Shown: positions 52,737 to 64,000 of the stretch, piece after piece | Numbering within the stretch: position 1 is the stretch's first letter | How the letters are laid out: the number at the start of each line of letters is the position of its first letter | NCBI RefSeq assembly: GCF_006345805.1 | Contig: NC_043008.1 | Location: forward strand, 1,240,001-1,304,000 | Direction: 5' to 3' | DNA from: Octopus sinensis | Lineage: Eukaryota | Length of the DNA: 64,000 bases | The notes under the pieces: model-generated | The model's database searches: none | Told to the model about the DNA's origin: nothing | Seen by the model: only the letters and a program-made list of their open reading frames with translations | Program-made: the position numbers and the translations under genes

Positions 52737-54816
52737 TATTTTATATAATTTGGCGACTAGGGCAGCACACGAGTAGTAGCTACGGGCTGACAAGACATTA
52801 ATGGATGATGGTGGTATGGATGAAGATGGTTATGGGAGAAGTCGAAAGCGCCCGCCGACTCTCGCTTCTCTAAAACAATGTTCAATAATACATTTATAAA
52901 GGTTCACATGATTCAATTACATATTTTAGAGGAGGCAATAAACCTCCTCTTCAACATGTCTAAAAATGTTCAAAATGTTCACAATGATTCAAAAATGTTC
53001 AACAATTCTCCTCGTCAGGTCCCCGAAGCAATTGTCTTGCCGCCTGCAGACAACTCTGCGACGACAAGTCGGGCCTGCAAAGAGAAAAGTAAATCTTTCC
53101 TCTCAAAGGTCTCTGCGACCCTTGACAAAATATCTTCCGTTACTTTTTCCGCAGCTAACCGCGGAGGCCATAACGGACTCCTTGAGCCGGCCGTGCCCTG
53201 CGTTCTCGGTCACCCAAGCCATTCAAAACTTTCCACCTCCTCCTCCCTGTGGTAAGGAGGAGAAGCATCTCCTCTTCACAGGAGGGACCTCACACTGCTC
53301 CGTCAGTGGCACACTTCCTACTGGCGGAGCCTTGTCCGCGGGTGGCCACATCCTCCCCCGGCTCCGTGGCACACATCCCGCCGTCCGTACCTAAACGTCA
53401 TCGTCCGACCTCTCCATTTGTCCTCCTTCTTTTGGGGGAGACTTCTGACCCAGGGACTCCGTCACCAGACACGGGGGATTGCTATCCCCCTCCGCCACCT
53501 GAGGCGTTCTTGGCGGCAACCATTGTTGCTCGCCTGTCTCTTTCTTTTCATGGAGGCAACCTCCTCCACGACTTCCACCGTCTCCCCCTCCAATGAGGGG
53601 GCGGCGGGCGCCTTTTCCCCTTTCGGCTCCGGGGCACCACCACGGCCACCGAGACAATTCTTCCTGATGTGTCCGGGCTTCAGGCACAAGTGACACTTGG
53701 GGGGGCGACCTTCGAGTATCACCGGGTACCTGTGCCCAGCCATTCTCAGGAAGTCCGGGAATTTCATTTCTCCCACGGCCACCGGTGTCCACAGGGTTAA
53801 AGTTGCCTTTGACCCCTCCCAGGCGACAGCGGGAGCCATTTTCACACTCAGTAGTCTGGGTCCGCTATCCCCCAGGCCTCGCCGGATGGTCTCCTCGATC
53901 CATCCCGCTTCCGTGCCCGGGGGCAGCCCACAAACCCAGGCTCTTTTTATATTTCTGCCATAATACGAGGGGAGGAACAAAATTTCCTCTCCCTCAGGGG
54001 CTCGCTAGCAAATCTGCTAGCTTCCTCGGGGTACCAAACAGCAACCACACGTTGCAAATTAGTCCCCGAGAAATAAACTTTATAGTTGGCAGGTGGTCCC
54101 CCAACTCTCTCTCTATAGTATTCCTGTCGAAGAGGGCGATGGCTCCACGCGACCTAGAATAGGTTCGTAGGACCACAGTCCTCCTCTCAAGACCTTCAAC
54201 CCACTGCTTGGGCGGGACAACCTCCCACTCCAAAGCAGTGGTTTCTTTCGTTGCCATGACTTTAAATGAAAAGAGAAAAAGACTTCAATCAAAAGTTCAA
54301 AGTTCTAAATAAAAGTCCAATGAAAAACACAATGAAAGAACAGAAAGACAGAGCAGAGAAAGGAACGAAGGAAGGCAGTTCAGTCAATGGCAACACAGTT
54401 CTGCAACTCTGGTAATCCTAACGAAACAGGGTACTCCAGTCGCAGCACAATTGGTCCTTTCAGCCTTGGTACTCCGTGGTAAATCCAGTGGAAAACACAA
54501 GCAAACAAATTAATTTTTGCGGAGGGGCTACGCCTCCTCAAAAAGCACAATTCTCACTAAAGAGTGAGACCTTAGACACGACAACAGGCAGAGAATTATA
54601 CCTGAAGCAAAGTGAAGTCTATTAACCGCAAAAAAATATTAATGCTAGATAACGTTAACTGCTAAATAACATTAAGCAAGCAATAAACTTCACTATGCTT
54701 CTAAAAATACAGAACGTCTTACCTGTCGCCGAGTCAAAAGTTCAACATTTCACGTTCAAACACGTGACATTTGCAGGAGCAAAAAACAACACGTCTGAAC
54801 AGTTCAGTGGTTAGCA
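52737..54816 (-). mobile_element. Tx1-derived ORF1-only element E2 (HAL1-like), 2.1 kb
   Basis: Contains only an ORF1 homologue plus UTRs. Termini are shared with E1 (5' tgctaacc(t)cactga(a)ctg; 3' caaattatat(g/a)aaataa). Bounded by AAGCTACTT at 52728-36 and 54817-25. Confidence 0.85.
53015..54257 (-). pseudogene. E2 ORF1, frameshifted (near 53995 and in the C-terminal part)
   Basis: ERRTVVLRTY...FDRNTIERELG...FISRG, LFLPSYYGR and PPKCHLCLKPGHIRKNC align with E1 EKRTVVFKTF...FEKSTIEKCL...YVARG, LFPSYSGR and the CCHC. The 3' boundary is inferred. Confidence 0.8.
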
Positions 54817-54847
54817 AAGCTACTTACCACACAGCCACCCCTGTGCC
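54817..54847 (-). mobile_element. Head (A box) of the split SINE family B copy
   Basis: Minus strand ggcacaggggTGGCTGTGTGGtaagtagctt; it joins seamlessly to the SINE body at 49791 once the 5-kb insert is removed. Confidence 0.75.
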
Positions 54848-57426
54848 TATGTAAAAACTGATTATAATTTATGCTTTCTGTTTTGCGCTTACAAACATAA
54901 TTTTTGGTTTTTACATTAACGTATAAGTTAAGGAAATACTCTATTGATAAGACATGTATACGTTTGTCTAGGCATACATCATGATATGTCTTTAACATTT
55001 AAAATATCATGGATTCCATATAGATTTGTGACTCCTACCACAAATCACTACTAATGAATGTTGGAAAGAAAACACCCGTTATAAAATAATTCCAATGTTA
55101 TGGGAATTAGATATCATTCATAAAATTACACCATTTATAGTAAGGTATTATATTGAATATAACTTATATCATAAATTTGTTTGCATTTAGTTTGGTTTCA
55201 GATATATATTTAGTGCAGAGAGCTGATTCAATATTTTGTTGTTGTTCATAGAATGAATGGAAACTTTTAAAAAACCATTTGAAAAGTTTTCATTTAGTCT
55301 TCCGCTTTTACTGTTGCCAAAGAAAAAACAAAAGTAGTAGAAAAATTATAACATTTGGAGAAGGAAATATCAAAGTCTCGCCAGCTCGGTGTTGTTTTCG
55401 TGAAGACGTCATGGTGGACAGAAAATGAAAGAACATTGAACAAGCAACCGTCTGGGAAAATTATAATACAATCAAAGTAATACTTAATAACGATCCTACA
55501 AAAATGTTTAAATGCAACGTATCATATGAAATCTGGGAAGAGAAACATACATGGAATCATGTGGGTGACACAATACTGTTATTCATTTCTTCATTATTGT
55601 TTGAAGTAAGAATTATAACGTTTGATGTGAAAACTAAGGTATCTGCAACTAACTTAAAAAATTCAGATTTCAATTCTGACATGTCCAGCTGTTTCATTTC
55701 ATCTAAGGATTAAAGAAATGAACTATTATTTATTTAGATGTATACATGTCAGATCTTTGATACAGCACAGGTAACGTTTTCTGCAAGAGAAAATCAACAT
55801 ATATTTTTTTTAAATTCCTTTCTTTTTCTAATTTCCAAGTGTTTGTTCGATCTCGTTTTCCTTGTAGACAAAGACATAAACTTTTTACGTGGGCAAACGA
55901 TGATTATAGGTAGATGGGCAGAAAACCATTTGTCACTAAGTGCTAAAATAAATCTGTATGTTTGAAATTTTCTACACATATTTCTATAACTATAATTAAT
56001 TCAGAGTTTTCACACGAACAAAGTATGCAACATGTGTTAAACCAATTTTTGTTAATTCATAACTTTTAAATACGAAGATATTAATCATGACATACAGCAT
56101 ACAATATTGAATTTAATGCAACTTGTTTTGTGATGAGTATATTTCTATCGCTTTGCTTTAGAATACTCAGAGATTGTAAATGGAATAGATTATGCAAGGA
56201 TACTAAGCAAATTTAATAGATCGTTATCGCTTTCATTCGTTCAATGTCGAAAAATTCGTCAAACATTTTCGGCCTTTTGCTAAAATATGAAACCAATATT
56301 TAATTGACAGCGAAATCCCAGAAAACATTGACGCCACTTTTAATTATTGGTATTTCAATAGCGGATGTTTGTTAATATCTACACCCGATTTCTATAAAAG
56401 CGAAAGAGGCAATCTACAAATTAGCATATGAGGGAAATCTTTTCGAATTGAACTGATAGATTGTCATAATAGAGGCAAAGCTTTTCGCCTCTCATTTTTT
56501 ACACATTCGTTCCTTTTCTAAAACGAGAAATATATTGTAAAGTAGATAATAGATTTATAAAAGCTTAGGAGACTATACTGTAATACACACATACTTATAT
56601 TGGATTATGTTCCTTTGGTGTTGCAAAGAGAACCATAATTTATTTTGTCGTTGTGATAAAAAGAAATGCGATATTTATACAAAAGTTTTATTATTGATAC
56701 GATGTAATGAAATTAGCCGGAGAAATCCATGAAAATTTAAACTGATATTATACACCACGATATCCTTACATACCAAAATATGCGATAAATTATGGTAATT
56801 TAGTTCTGTAATGGTAATCAGTTAAGCACCCATGAAGTTGCCCTTTTCATCTTTCATTTGACAGAATAGATTGAGCGCGTCAACCTGCCGATGATTAAAT
56901 CACCATATTCTGAGCAGATGTGCTTCGGGATATCTTTAAAATTGATTTTCAACTTATGTAAATAAAGTTTGTTATAAATGTTTTTAATATTTTCCCGAGA
57001 ATTTGCACATCTATACGGTTGGTCGGTACTCGCATGGTACTCACAATTTTCGCTTTTCGTATTTTTTTCTGATTTGAGCAAAAGGGGAAAAGGGAAAAAG
57101 ATCCATGATATTCGTTCGAAAATTACAAATTTGATCACCGAGAATAAAGAGTCCCATGAAAATTGCCTAAATTGCCTTATATATTGTGTGTATAAACACA
57201 CAGACACATACACACACAAATATGTATATACACATTTGTCTTAATGCAAACAAACAAAGTAGATCTCAAAATATGAGTATATAGATATGTCTATTACTAT
57301 TAAGGAAAAGTAACTCAAGGCACGTCATAAGTGTCAACTCAGGAAACACTCGGACCTTGAATCACTCTGCTACTTCTGCTAAATGGTTATGTGTGTGTGA
57401 GAGATAGTTGTAATCATAAACATACA

Positions 57427-57526
<100 letters not shown>

Positions 57527-57530
57527 GAAG

Positions 57531-57581
57531 AGCTTCTACAGGACTAGAACTGTTTCATTCAAGAGAAATCTTCAGGAAGCT
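57531..57581 (-). ncRNA. Minimal type I hammerhead ribozyme (copy 1)
   Basis: Exact reverse complement of 59809-59859. Confidence 0.75.
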
Positions 57582-58453
57582 AGTTAACAAGAATTGTATT
57601 GGCATTTATACATTTAGGCAGGTGGGGGACTTTTTTGGGGGTAGGCATAGCGCAAAAAATCATACTTGGGGGAGTGGTCAAGGAGTCAGTGTTAAATTAG
57701 ATTGAAGAATAAATAAAAAAGTAAATAATATAAATAAAAATAAAAACATAAAAGAACCTATATATAAAAAGATATAAAAAGAAAAAAAAAACCTATATAT
57801 AAAAAAAAGGGGGAATAGAGTTTTAGGTAAATAAGGAGATTCTCATTTATACCTATGCACACATGTATACATACATACACACACATACAAACATATATAC
57901 ATATACATACACACATACATACACACACATATATATACATATTTATACACTTACACATACACATACATATACATATCTACACATACACATATATGTACAC
58001 ATACACACAAAAATGTGTGTGTATATGTATGAATATGTGTATGTATGTGTGTATGTATGTGTGTGTGTGTGTGTATATATATGTGTATATGTGTGTATGT
58101 ATATATATATATATATGGGTATGTATATGTATGTATATATATATGTGTATATATATATATGTGTGTGTGTATGTATATATATATGTATATATATGTATAT
58201 ATGTGTGTGTGTGTATACATGTGTGTATGTATGTATGTATATATATGCGTGTGTATGTGTATGTGTATATGTACATATGCGCGTACGCTCGTGTGTTTAT
58301 GCATATGTAGGTACGTAGAGTTATCTATGTATGTATTTATATGTACATGTGTGTGAGTATGTATATATATGTATATATGTATGTGTATGTGTGTGTGTGT
58401 ATATATATATATATGTATGTATATATGTATGTGTATGTGTATGTGTATATATG

Positions 58454-58492
<39 letters not shown>

Positions 58493-58789
58493 AAGTTTAT
58501 ATGTATGTATCCGTCTATATAATAGGTAACTGCACGTACATATACTTAATATTTATTATTTATTTTTTGAGTATGCATGTACGAATAACTGCGCGTATAT
58601 ATATTTTACTATTTACTTATTTTTTGAGTATGCATGTAAGTATGAATATAAGGAGGCGCGCGTGTGTGTGTGTGTGTATGGGTACGCATGTACATGTGTA
58701 TGTGCGTGTAGTGTATATATATGTATATGTGTGTGTATGCGTATGTGTGTGTATATGTGTGTGTGTGTATATGTGTGTATATACATATG

Positions 58790-58833
<44 letters not shown>

Positions 58834-59808
58834 CATGTATGTATTTGTATGTAGGTGTATATGTATGTGTGTGTATTTATATTTATGGGTGTATATATAT
58901 AGACTAGCCTTCTAAGAGTGTAGACATAAATCTGTAGGTACGCGTACGTATGTGTATATACGTGAATGTATGTAGATGGATGTATGTATGAATATAACGC
59001 GTGCGTGCGTGTATGTGTATGAGTGTACGAATGAGTGAGAGTACGTGCTAAAGAGTGTGCGTGAGTGAATGAGTGCTTGTTTTCCAGTAGACAGATAAAT
59101 GGACTGGCTGTCATAGCCAAGATGTTTGTGACCAAGCGGCCAAAGATAACAAAAGTAATAAACGAAGATAATAAAATTAAAATTAGGGAATGGGTCTGTA
59201 TTTGTATGTGTATATATATGTGTGTATGTGTAGGTTTGCATAGGTACACATATGTATATATACATGTATGTTATGTATGGGTGTGTATATGTGTGTGTAT
59301 GTGTATATATGTGTATATAGGGACTAGTGTGCTGTGTGTGCATGTGTGTGTGTGGATACGTGTGTGTATGCGTGTATGTGAGTATGTGTGTGTATGTGTA
59401 GATATGTATATGTATGTGTATGTGTAAGTGTATAAATATGTATATATATGTGTGTGTATGTATGTGTGTATGTATATGTATATATGTTTGTATGTGTGTG
59501 TATGTATGTATACATGTGTGCATAGGTATAAGTGAGAATCTCCTTATTTACCTAAAACTCTATTCCCCCTTTTTTTTATATATAGGTTTTTTTTTTGTTT
59601 TTTTTTATATATAGGTTTTTTTTTATATATAGGTTCTTTTATTTTTTTATTTTATTTTATATTATTTATTTTTTTATTTATTCTTCAATCTAATTTAACA
59701 CTGACTCCTTGACCACTCCCCCAAGTATGATATTTTGCGCTATGCCTACCCCCAAAAAAGTCCCCCACCTGCCTAAATGTATAAATGCCAATACAATTCT
59801 TGCTAACT

Positions 59809-59859
59809 AGCTTCCTGAAGATTTCTCTTGAATGAAACAGTTCTAGTCCTGTAGAAGCT
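59809..59859 (+). ncRNA. Minimal type I hammerhead ribozyme (copy 2)
   Basis: agcttc-CTGAAGA-t-ttc-tctt-gaa-t-GAAA-cag-ttctagtc-ctg-TA-gaagct: 6-bp stem I, intact core, 3-bp stem II above a U.U pair, 4-bp stem III, GUA cleavage triplet ending at 59853. Confidence 0.75.
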
Positions 59860-59964
59860 CCTTCTATATAATAAATTAATTTTACTCTGCTATGTATTGA
59901 GTACCTTATTTACTGTGGTTAACCCCGAATCAACCCGGACCTACATATATATATATATATATAG

Positions 59965-59995
<31 letters not shown>

Positions 59996-60004
59996 AATAT
60001 AAAA

Positions 60005-60640
60005 CTTTCACATTGTTTGAGACACATCCGTATGGTTTCCTAGAAAATTTCCTAACGTAGAATGATTGTTGGATTCATCACCCCGAATCAAAGAGGCAAT
60101 GGATGCAATGGAATCTCTTTCCTCACCTACTCGAAACTAATGCAAAATTTTCGAATTTGAACGGAAGTTGATGTTCTCAGTTTTTGGGGGAATGCAAAAG
60201 GCATTGTGTTGGTTGCCAATCTTCAAAACAGTCACAATACCAACAGAATGTACCATGCAGTTTTCCGGTCGCGAAGAGACATTCAGAAAAACAGAGGGAT
60301 GTGGACTTGATTCTTCAGGATAATCAGCACACAAATACTTCGATTCCAAGGCCGCTGTGTGAGTGTGTCTTTCAACTGGTTTAGCAAATTGCCTCTAATC
60401 GTGATTTGGTCCTTGACTCACTATCGTCATGAAGAACACAGATCGCTGAAACAAGTATTGCGGTTATAAATGTAACCTATCTGTTGTCGATGAAGAACTT
60501 CCTCACCAATGAGATCCAAGCACTGCTACATCGACGAAGGAAATGTGGGAACAGAAAGGAGGACAAAGTTTAGAAACAAAACATATTTGGTCATACTGCT
60601 TCAAAGTATCTTGGTCAGCCTATGAACCTTGAAGTCAACA
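60005..60640 (+). mobile_element. mariner (irritans-like) transposase relic
   Basis: Across frames: LFETHPYGFLENFLT*NDCWIHH, PESKRQWMQW, FWGNAKGIVLV, ILQDNQHT, ECVFQLV, NEIQALLHRRRKCGNRKEDKV*K; these match mariner D,D34D-region consensus blocks. Confidence 0.8.
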
Positions 60641-60651
60641 CACACACACAT

Positions 60652-60699
<48 letters not shown>

Positions 60700-60820
60700 G
60701 TGTGTGTGTGTGTATCAACCCTCCTACACACACACATACAATATATGTATATATATATATGTGTGTATTTATATAAAGTGTGCGCGCGCGTGTGTGTGTG
60801 TGTAAGTATGTGTGCGTGGA

Positions 60821-60853
<33 letters not shown>

Positions 60854-63530
60854 TGACCTCTTAATCATATTATTAAGAAAACATCTCAGAAACGATCATT
60901 CGATAGAGCCTACATTTCCTCTGCTTTACAATATTTCATGAATAATAAATATTTACAATTAGCTATGAATATCATTGGCCATTTTAATATCTCTGTTTAT
61001 ATAACTGTCAAATGTAGTTGAGTGTGCTGAAGCCATTATTTCCTATATAATTCCACGTAAGCTCATATATTCTCTAGAATAAAAATTCTAACATGATAAG
61101 ATTGTTATAGAATGCCATAATCATCATACTTATGACCGAATTATATGCAAAATGTATTCATGCTCGTATAAATATTTTGCACTTCAAAGTGACTACTATT
61201 GTGAAATCGCTAATGTATGTGTAATATGTATGTATGTGTATGTGTTTAATTGTCGGTTTTGCGTTTAGGTGTGTGTATGCTTCTTTGCGGGTGTGGAGCG
61301 TGTATATGCATATATACATATACATATATATATATATACATATATGTATATTGATGTGTTTACTTTTACCCGTGTCTATTTATCTGTCTGTTTCTCTCGT
61401 AGTCTGTATATATCTATAGTTACGCATTATGCATACATACACACATATTTATATTTACGCACATACATCTATACACACACATACATATACACACATACGT
61501 ACCTGCAACTATATGTATATAGTTTTATTTGTACTTACAGACACATTTCTTGCGCTAGTGCTTTCTTTTAATCTCAGAATTAGCATACTTTGAAACTTTA
61601 CACAAAATTTCAATAAATAATTGATGAAGTGTATTACTGTCTATAGTAGACACCTTGTTTTAAGGAAAAAGACGTTCATATTATGCTGCATTCATCTCTT
61701 ATAAATCATTGAATCTGAGAAATAAATGCATTTCAATGCTCGAATTATTTACATTGTCGACAAAACAACAAACCGGTGTATCGTTTTCCTTACATATTAA
61801 CCATTAGTATTTTGTAATTTTAAATAAGACGCGATAGTTTATTTTGTAGCGAGTGAATATTAACCACATGTTCTCTAAATGAGAGTATTTTTTAGAGTGG
61901 ACCGACTGGGCAGGACTCAATCATTTGCCTTGATGTGTGCTGATATCTGACATAAATTTCTCTACTGATATGTGGTCATAAAAAGAAATTTCATACACGA
62001 GCAAGGTGCTGGGAAATTGTTGGCTTTGAGCGTATCACGAAACACCCGGTGAGAGTCCAAACCTCCTCTGTGTTCTTTTATAGTCGTTAGAACAGCAGAA
62101 GCACTGCTGCAATGTGTGTGTGAATCTAAGAGGGGGAGATGTTGAATAAAATCGAAATTAATTCATCTTCCTGTATTCTCTTTTACCCAAAGCCAGGAAC
62201 TCTTCATCACCGTCTCGTAATGTAGTCTTCGATATCTTTTGTAATTAAAATTAGTATGTCTGCAGCTTAGACGCTTTTTCATTTGCATGATGTACAGTTC
62301 GGCTTTCTTTTGTATTTTATGCGGTAGTTAATAGAGAATCTTTTCAATTTTTTGTTACATCTTTATTAATGATTTTTTTCATACTTCTGTGTTTACTACA
62401 TTTAAGATATTGGTGCTCAAATATAAAACAAAATATTTAGGTCACATTTGAAATCACGATAAATATTTTAAATATTTTCTTTCACGTCATTCGTCGATCG
62501 TTAATTCATTGAAATTTCACAACATTTACATGCATCACGATTCATATTATACTTTAATTCATGCGAATATTCAATTTGTTTCTTCAATGAATTATTCTAG
62601 CGAAACATTTTACATTGAGTTCAACAAATATTTATTTGCCGGACATATCTCCATCAAATTTAGATATAAAGCATTTTATCCATAATTCCCATGTCACCCT
62701 TGTTCAGGCAGTGTTATGACTACACTTTGTAATTGAATAAAAGGTGTCCTTAAATGCTTTCAGACAACCGAATATGTTTTGGGTGGAATTTATCAGCAAC
62801 TGCAAGCAGCTCAGAGATGACAGTATAAAATCCACGGTATGCTTCCGCGTACATTTCCTAAATATATATTTATACAGTAATTGTAAAAGCTACGTCGCTG
62901 TGCTTTTAAAATAATCTTAGGACGGTACTTTCAATTCTATTTTATGTATTAATATTATCGTACAGAGAAATCCTACAACAATGATATCTAGTGCATGTAC
63001 AACACGGAAATGCTTCCCATTGGTCGAAATATAAATTGATAATTAAAAAGCAATATTGTTACCATTTCTTAGAAATAATACCCAAAAAGTAACAGAAACT
63101 TGTTCAATTTACTTTTAGAATACGAATAACGTTATTCATTATTCCACTCCTTGGGTGATATCAAGACTCTTTGGGAATATTTGCAATATTTGTTCCAGTC
63201 ATGTTGATATTTGTTTGAAACACACCGACATGTACATATACATGTATATATATATAATTAATCAATATAGGGTAGCAAAAAATTCAGCAGAAATTATTTG
63301 CCACCAGCGGTCTAGTGGGAAAAAGGAAATAGTCAAAGACTATTAATAAATTCAACAGCGAAATTAAGGAACGGCCATAATAGGCCGTTCAACCCACTAG
63401 AAATAGCAGCTAAGGCTTCAACCGCAAAAAAGTATTAATTCCGTAAACAAGGAGAAAATTTAAAAAACATTTACCCATTTACCCTTAATTTTGTTGTTAA
63501 TTTTGCTGTATATATATATATATATATAAG

Positions 63531-63606
<76 letters not shown>

Positions 63607-64000
63607 GGCAAAATTAATATGGTTCACAAAAGTGTCAGAGGGCACTGACTAGATTTTGCTAAAGTTACGTGTTACAATATCTCAACAGCCACAAAATCAT
63701 TGTCTAAATGACTGACAAAGGGACATGAGACCCCATCGTACATAGCTAATTCATGATTTCGGATTTTCATGTAGAACCTCTTTTAATCCTCATCAGCGTC
63801 TCTTAAAGCCTACAGTTGAATTCAGCTGCCTCTGTCAGTCGTGTAGGAAAAACCGTACAATAATGTGTTCTGATTTTCAAAACGGCAAAAGTGTAAACAA
63901 CAAATAAAAACAATTCAAAGGTGTTCCTTATTTGTCAGTAGCCTCTGTGACCTCTATTAATTTTGCCTTTCGTTTCTAATTACTAATAAGCCACTCTCTT

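Noticed and set aside
60340-60440. Minus-strand VLHDDS read as a mariner HDNA motif
   Set aside because: The plus strand gives a far longer ordered series of mariner motifs over the same region.

Overview
AT-rich, microsatellite-laden intergenic or intronic animal DNA. The repeat families and style suggest an octopus genome, but this is inference and was not verified. No host protein-coding gene can be called confidently, and most long ORFs in the track are translated (TA)n/(CA)n/(TATC)n or trinucleotide repeats. Recognisable content is almost all mobile DNA: a young 5'-truncated CR1-like LINE with an open RT ORF (1476-3770), many tRNA-derived SINEs, four Tc1/mariner relics, MITE-like palindromes, Penelope-like ends carrying hammerhead ribozyme folds, and three L1/Tx1-clade pieces. 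The main result is an apparent SINE-centred Tx1 system. (i) Two different non-autonomous Tx1 elements, one with ORF1 plus an RT-deleted ORF2 and one ORF1-only, sit head-to-tail at one site in the head of a tRNA-derived SINE, delimited by three copies of AAGCTACTT (49783, 52728, 54817). (ii) A second SINE family carries a 3' tail matching the Tx1 3' ends, and tail-bearing units repeatedly join other copies of that SINE at the same nucleotide. (iii) A related Tx1 family is embedded in a (TATC)n tract. Separately, two identical, core-intact type I hammerhead ribozymes cap the arms of a 2.35-kb inverted duplication (57521-59870), and another lies in a 79-bp perfect inverted-repeat element (4800-5160). 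All alignments were done by eye.
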